NCBI GenBank assembly: GCA_002269645.1
Contig: NIVC01000897.1
Span: 124,001-188,000 of the forward strand
Reading direction: 5' to 3'
From: Macrostomum lignano
Lineage: Eukaryota
DNA length: 64,000 nucleotides
In this document: piece by piece, positions 58,296 to 64,000 of the stretch
How positions within the stretch are numbered: the stretch's first letter is position 1
Layout: the number at the start of each line of letters is the position of its first letter
Notes under the pieces: model-generated
Told to the model about the DNA's origin: nothing
The model's database searches: none
The model's input: only the letters and a program-made list of their open reading frames with translations
Made by a program: the position numbers and the translations under genes

Positions 58296-61249
58296 GCAGC
58301 AGCTCTGAAAGCATCAGATGATTGGGGTTTGCAGCAGCTCAATGAAGAATAATAGATTCAGATGCATTTAGCCTCAGCTCCATTGATAAGCTCATCATTG
58401 TGTAATTTACTTCAAAAAAGGCAGAAGCAATTCCCAATAATAATGCAAAAGCATGTCCTTTTCAAGTGCCAATTTTTTCTGTCCTTATCAATCTGCTCGA
58501 GAATCTCTATTTGGCTCTTTAACTGCTCGGTTCAATTCGCTTACGCTTTTTTCCATATGCTTTTGGCCGCTTTGACAAAGGCATTGGCACATTTGCCGCT
58601 GCAGAAATCAGACAATTCCATTTTTGCAAATGCCAGATTGCATGCAGACTAATTAAAAAAATAATAGATTCAGATGCATTTAGCCTAATAAAAACCCCAT
58701 AAGCTCCTTTATTGATAAGGCATTACAAATTAACATTATAAAGTGTAATTTAAAGTGAAATATGGCTTTATAAGCAATTTTTTTGCCAATAATAATGCAA
58801 AAGAAAAAGCAATGCCTTTTTACAAGTACAAGCCAATTATTTCTGTCCTTATACAATCTGCCATACCGCCCATACATATTCTAATTCTGGTTGCTCTAAC
58901 TGATGGTTCATATATATGCTTACTGGTTTTTTTGGCCATATGGGGTTTTTAGGCCATTTGAAAATCTCATTGGCAACTGGTTTTCTGGCATCAGAGGCCA
59001 ATCTGGCAGCTTCATTTTCCCCATGCCAGTTGCCAATTTCAAAAATGATTTTGTAAGTGTAATAAAAGTGCCATATGAATCAATATGATGGAACTGTTAG
59101 TCTATTATTGTTAGTATCACATATTACTCAAAATTTAGTTTAAATGATAATTTATGAATTTGTGGTTTTTAGTCATTAATTGTTAACCATTCTCAAGAAT
59201 TTGGCTAGTTGCCAATAGGCAACCAAATATAGCCATTGGCAACTGGATTTCCAACCTTAAAAAACCCAGTATGCTTATGCTATATGCTGCATGTACCAAC
59301 TTGGGTACATTCTGTATATGTTAGAATTTATTGCCATAATGTATACCTTGTTAACTATGGTCACAATGCAAGTCTAAGTCATTCTATCAAATGGAAATTT
59401 CATCAAAATATTGGCTTTCAAAAAATTGATACCTGAATTGCTTAAGCAACTAAACAGTGGTATGATACTGCCTTAGGCTCTTTTCAAAAATATTCTACTG
59501 ATCTGTGCTATTTGCAAAGGTATTTTTGGTATTTAAATTACTTCAAACTTGGGACAAAGAAGACATTATTGGTGCACTTAACTATATAGGCTTATATTAT
59601 ATAAGGTATTTTTCAAGCAATAAGGTTTAGTCTTAGCTGATTTATTTGCAACTAAAAGATCAACATTTTTGAGATTCCCTTTTTTGTTATACTAAAACAT
59701 GCTTTGGCACAACCTAGGAATTTACATAGCCATTTTAGTGGTAATATACACATATAAGTTGCTATTAGACAGAATAATAGTACTATTACTAACTTAAAAA
59801 TGCATAAAACTATTTCTATATATCTTTTTTTTCTATATTCTTATATTATTATATAGCCCTAATAAGTCTAACCAAACTATAGAATAGAAATATGCATGTG
59901 TTAACAATATTCAATTGTTTATACAAATGCATTAAAATGTCTTACATTCTAGATTTTTTCTTGTCAAAATTTTGCTGCCATTTGGCACTTGGGTCCAGGT
60001 GCTAATTGGCACTTACTTAATTTTTAGTTGAACCATTTAATGCCCAATTTTTATCTTAATCTTTATCATTATAGATAAACCTAAAATTCTTAGAAAAAAA
60101 ATAAAATAATTGTTAGACTATAATAACTTTTTTTCATACAAAAGTTAAGATAAGACTATAGCTATGCATACTTTATTTTAATGATCTCTTTTTTATCATA
60201 GAAATATATCCATTTTGGCACTATGGGGCTAAATTCAAGGTGCCAAATAAAATTCTGAAGTGCCATGGCAACCATCTCTACATTTAAAAATCAAAACTTT
60301 TGGTATAAAAACCTAGCTTTTATTATAGTTAAAACATCTTTATTGCAATCAATGCATAGCAATTATATATAGAGCATAGAAAGAGAAAGAGAAAAAGAGG
60401 GCCTACAAGGATATACAAAGAAGTATAAAGATATACAAGGGAATGATATACATCTAATATAAAAAATAAGGATATCTAACATAGTTCTAGTCTAGACATT
60501 TGCAATAAAAGAGATATGCAAATAAAACATTGATAGAAACTGATAGATTCATATTATTCAATATTTGACAGTTTTAAAAAAAATTATTAATATTACAAAT
60601 TTATACTTATACTTATTTTAAAAAGTTATATGAGCAAAAAATATAATTATATATATATATATATATTAAATTCATATTATATATGATATATATTTTAGTA
60701 AAGGCAATACTATTATCAAAAAGCTAAATATAACCTAATGTGCTAATACTATATAAATATTATAAATATATTGTGCAAGCATAATTAACATTATAGACAA
60801 AATAGTCTAGAATTATATACTATAATGTGATGGCCAGACTGTATGCAACCGGTAACACTAACTGCAGCCATACTGAAACCCCCCCCCCAACCTCTGTCTA
60901 GCTAAGGTAGGATGGGTGCACACCAAGCTAGCCAGCTTGCTAAGCTGGGAGGGGGGGGGTTGGCATAGCCTATCATACATGCCACCCTTTTGCACCTCCT
61001 TAGGACCCTCAATATTGCGCTGTTTGTGTAAATAAATATATATGCAAAGCAGCACAAAATATTTGCTGCCATTACATCTATTGAACTAAACTAGCAATCT
61101 TCGCCCCCCGATGGGGGACATCTGGATAGAATCCTTGTTCTTTACAAATAACAAATAGACCACGAAATAAAGCCTTCATAAAAAACAACAGACAGTCCCC
61201 CTAAAAATAAAACATCCCAAGACAGCAAGCATCCTCAGACAGCATTCAA

Positions 61250-61880
61250 GCATCGATGCCCAGATAGCAAGCATCCCCCAGACAGCCAGCAACCCCTGAT
61301 AGCAAGCATAACCTGGATACAAATGGTCCTGATAGATAGCTAGCAACCCCCTCTCAGGTACCCTCCACCTCCCAAGGGCAAGCATCTCCCAATAGCAAGC
61401 ATCCCCCAGATAGCAAGCATCCCCCAGATAGCAAGCATCCCCCAGATAGCAAGCATCCCCCAGATAGCAAGCATCCCCCAGATAGCAAGCATCCCCTTGA
61501 TAGCAAGCATCCCCAGATAGCAAGCATCCCCCCGATAGGCGATAGCAAGCAACACCAGATAGCAAGCACCCCCCAGACCCCAGATAGTAAGCATCCCCCA
61601 GACTGCAAGCAACCCCTGATAGCAAGCATCCCCCAGATAGCAAGCATCCCCCAGATAGCAAGCAACCCCAGATAGCAAGCATAACCTGGATAAAAAGAGA
61701 CCTTATAGATATCTAGCAACCGCCTCTCAGATAGCAAGTACCCTCCACCCCCAAATAGCAAGCATCTCCCAATAGCAAGTTACCCCAGTAGCAAGCATCC
61801 TTCCAATAGCAAGCATCCCTCGGATAGCAAGCATCCCCCTGATAGCAAGTATCCATCCTTAAATAGCAAGCATCCACCAG
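61250..61880. repeat. 18-bp minisatellite (AGATAGCAAGCATCCCCC), apparently in two noisy copies
   Basis: Period 18 (61408 to 61426); explains the GDACYL and GMLAIW ORFs. Confidence 0.9.
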
Positions 61881-61934
61881 AGAACAAGTAGCTAGTGCAA
61901 CAATTTTATTTGCTTTATAGTGGCTCCATTTTGT

Positions 61935-64000
61935 TTGGCATGACACTTATTTTCATGTTTGAAACGGTGTCTCTTTATGTTTGAAATGGTGTCTCTTTAA
62001 TGTTTGACATGGTGGCTCTTTTATGTTTGGCATGGTGGCTCTTTTATGTTTGACATGGTGGCTCTTGAATGTTTGACATGGTAGGTCTTTTATGTTTGAC
62101 TTGGTGGCTCTTTAATTTTTGACATGATGCCTCTTTTATGTTTGACATGGTGGCTCTTGAATGTTTGACATGGTAGCTCTTTTATGTTTGACTTGGTGGC
62201 TCTTTTATGTTTGGCATGGTGGCTCTTTTATGTTCGACATGGTGGCTCTTTTATGTTTGGCATGGTGGCTCTTTTATGTTCGACATGGTGGCTCTTTTAT
62301 GTTTGGCATGGTGGCTCTTTAATTTTCGACATGGTGGCTCTTTAACGCTTGACATGGTGGCTCTTGAATGTTTGACATGGTAGCTCTTTTATGTTTGACT
62401 TGGTGGCTCTTTTATGTTTGGCATAGTGGCTCTTTTATGTTCGACATGGTGGCTCTTTTATGTTTGGCATGGTGGCTCTTTAATTTTCGACATGGTGGCT
62501 CTTTAACGTTTGACATGGTGGCTCTTGAATGTTTGACATGGTGGCCCTTTAATGTTTGACATGGAGTCACCTATATGTTTTACATGGTGGCTCCTTTATG
62601 TTTGACGAGGTGGCTCTTTAACATTTGACATGGTGACTCTTGAATGTTTGACATGGTATAGCTCTTTTATGTTAGACATAGTGGCTCTTTATGTTTGACA
62701 TGGTGGCTCTTTAATGTACGACATAATGGCTCTTTAATGTTTGACAATGTGGCTCCTTAATGTTTTAAATGGTGGCTGTTGTATGTTCGACATGGTGGCT
62801 ATTTTTTGTTTAACATGGTGGCTCTTTAATATTCTACATGGTGGCTTTTTAATGTTCTACATGGTGGCTCTTTAATGTTCTACATGGTGGCTCTTTAATA
62901 TTCTACATGGTGGCTCTTTAATGTTCTACATGGTGGCTCTTTAATGTTCTACATGGTGGCTCTTTAATGTTCTACATGGTGGCTCTTTAATGTTCTACAT
63001 GGTGGCTCTTTAATATTCTACATGGTGGCTCTTTAATGTTCTACATGGTGGCTCTTTAATGTTCTACATGGTGGCTCTTTTATGTTCGACATAGTGGCTC
63101 TTTTTTGTTCTACATGGTAACTCTTTTATGTTTGATACAGTGGCTTTTTAATATCTGACATGGTGGCTCTTCTATGTTTGACATTGTGGCTCTTCTATGT
63201 TTGACATAGTGGCTCTTTAATGTTTGACATGGTGGCTCTTTAATGTACGACATAATGGCTCTTTAATGTTTGACATTGTGGCTCTTTAATGTTTTACATG
63301 GTGGCTCATTTATGTTCGACATGGTGGCTCTTTAATGTTTGACATGGTAGCTCTGTTATGTTCGACATGGTGGCTCTTTTAGGTTTGACATGGTGGCTCT
63401 TAAATGTTTCACATGGTGGCTCTTAAATTTCTTACATGGTGGCTCTTTTATGTTTGACAATGTGGCTCTTTAATGTTTTACATGGCGGCTCTTTTATGTT
63501 CAAATGGTGGCTCTTTAATGTTTGACATAAAGTCACATATACGTTTCACATGGTGGCTCTTAAATGTTTGACATGGTGGCTTTTTATGTTTGACATGTTG
63601 GCTTTTTTATGTTTGACATGTTGGCTTTTTTATGTTTGACATGGTGGCTCTTTAATGTTCGAAATGGTGGCTCTTTTTTGTTCTACATGGTAACTCTTTT
63701 ATATTTGATACGGTGGCTTTTTTAATGTCTGACATGTTGGCTCTTTTATGTTTGACATGGTGGCTCTTTAATGTTCGACAAAGTGGCTCCTAAATGTTTG
63801 ACAAGTGACTCTTTAATGTTCAAAATGGTGGCTCTTTTATGTTTGACATGGTGGCTCTTTTATGTTTGACATGGTGGCTCTTTAATGTTTGACATGGTGG
63901 CTCCTAAATGTTTGACATGGTGGTTCTTTAATGTTCGAAATAGTGGCTCTTTTATGTTCGACATGGTGGCTCTTTAATGTTTGAAATGGTGGCTTTTTAA
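61935..64000. repeat. 24-bp minisatellite (TTTGACATGGTGGCTCTTT(T/A)ATGT), running off the window end
   Basis: More than 80 tandem units. Confidence 0.96.

Noticed and set aside
61176-61946. Cys/Gly-rich GDACYL-repeat ORFs resembling a metallothionein or keratin-associated protein
   Set aside because: All frames of the 18-bp array give repeat peptides; there is no start context or splice support, and the region is low quality.
30349-64000. Possible CRISPR-like arrays among the many 24-37-bp repeats
   Set aside because: Units are head-to-tail with no unique spacers, there are no cas genes, and the context is eukaryotic introns.

Overview
Eukaryotic (invertebrate) genomic DNA. GC-rich, polyQ-rich exons, minisatellite-filled introns and tRNA-derived SINEs suggest a free-living flatworm such as Macrostomum; this is inference from sequence style only. 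I traced five protein-coding loci by hand, checking splice sites and exon phases. (1) A minus-strand tensin with SH2+PTB domains: 9 exons, 730-13112, ~1177 aa, no PTP/C2 exons found, one probable GC-AG intron. (2) A single-exon secreted Kazal-(Tyr/Asn/Arg)-Kazal protein, 16142-16684. (3) A plus-strand calmodulin-like gene: 5 exons, 24725-26134, 167 aa, degenerate EF-hand 2. (4) A complete minus-strand DmX-like/Rabconnectin-3A gene: 13 exons, 28458-53801, 3168 aa. (5) A minus-strand CWC21/SRRM2-like gene whose first exon is garbled. Nearly every intron holds its own minisatellite. One minisatellite family occurs as an inverted pair tightly bracketing DMXL exons 6-11. DMXL intron 1 contains nested elements: a Crypton-like fragment, a LINE ORF1/endonuclease piece split by a palindromic MITE, and a coiled-coil/BEN pseudogene split by a TSD-flanked LINE 3' end. 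Sequence from ~58040 to ~61900 looks like noisy, partly duplicated long-read consensus. Most long ORFs in the supplied track are minisatellite read-throughs or antisense shadows.
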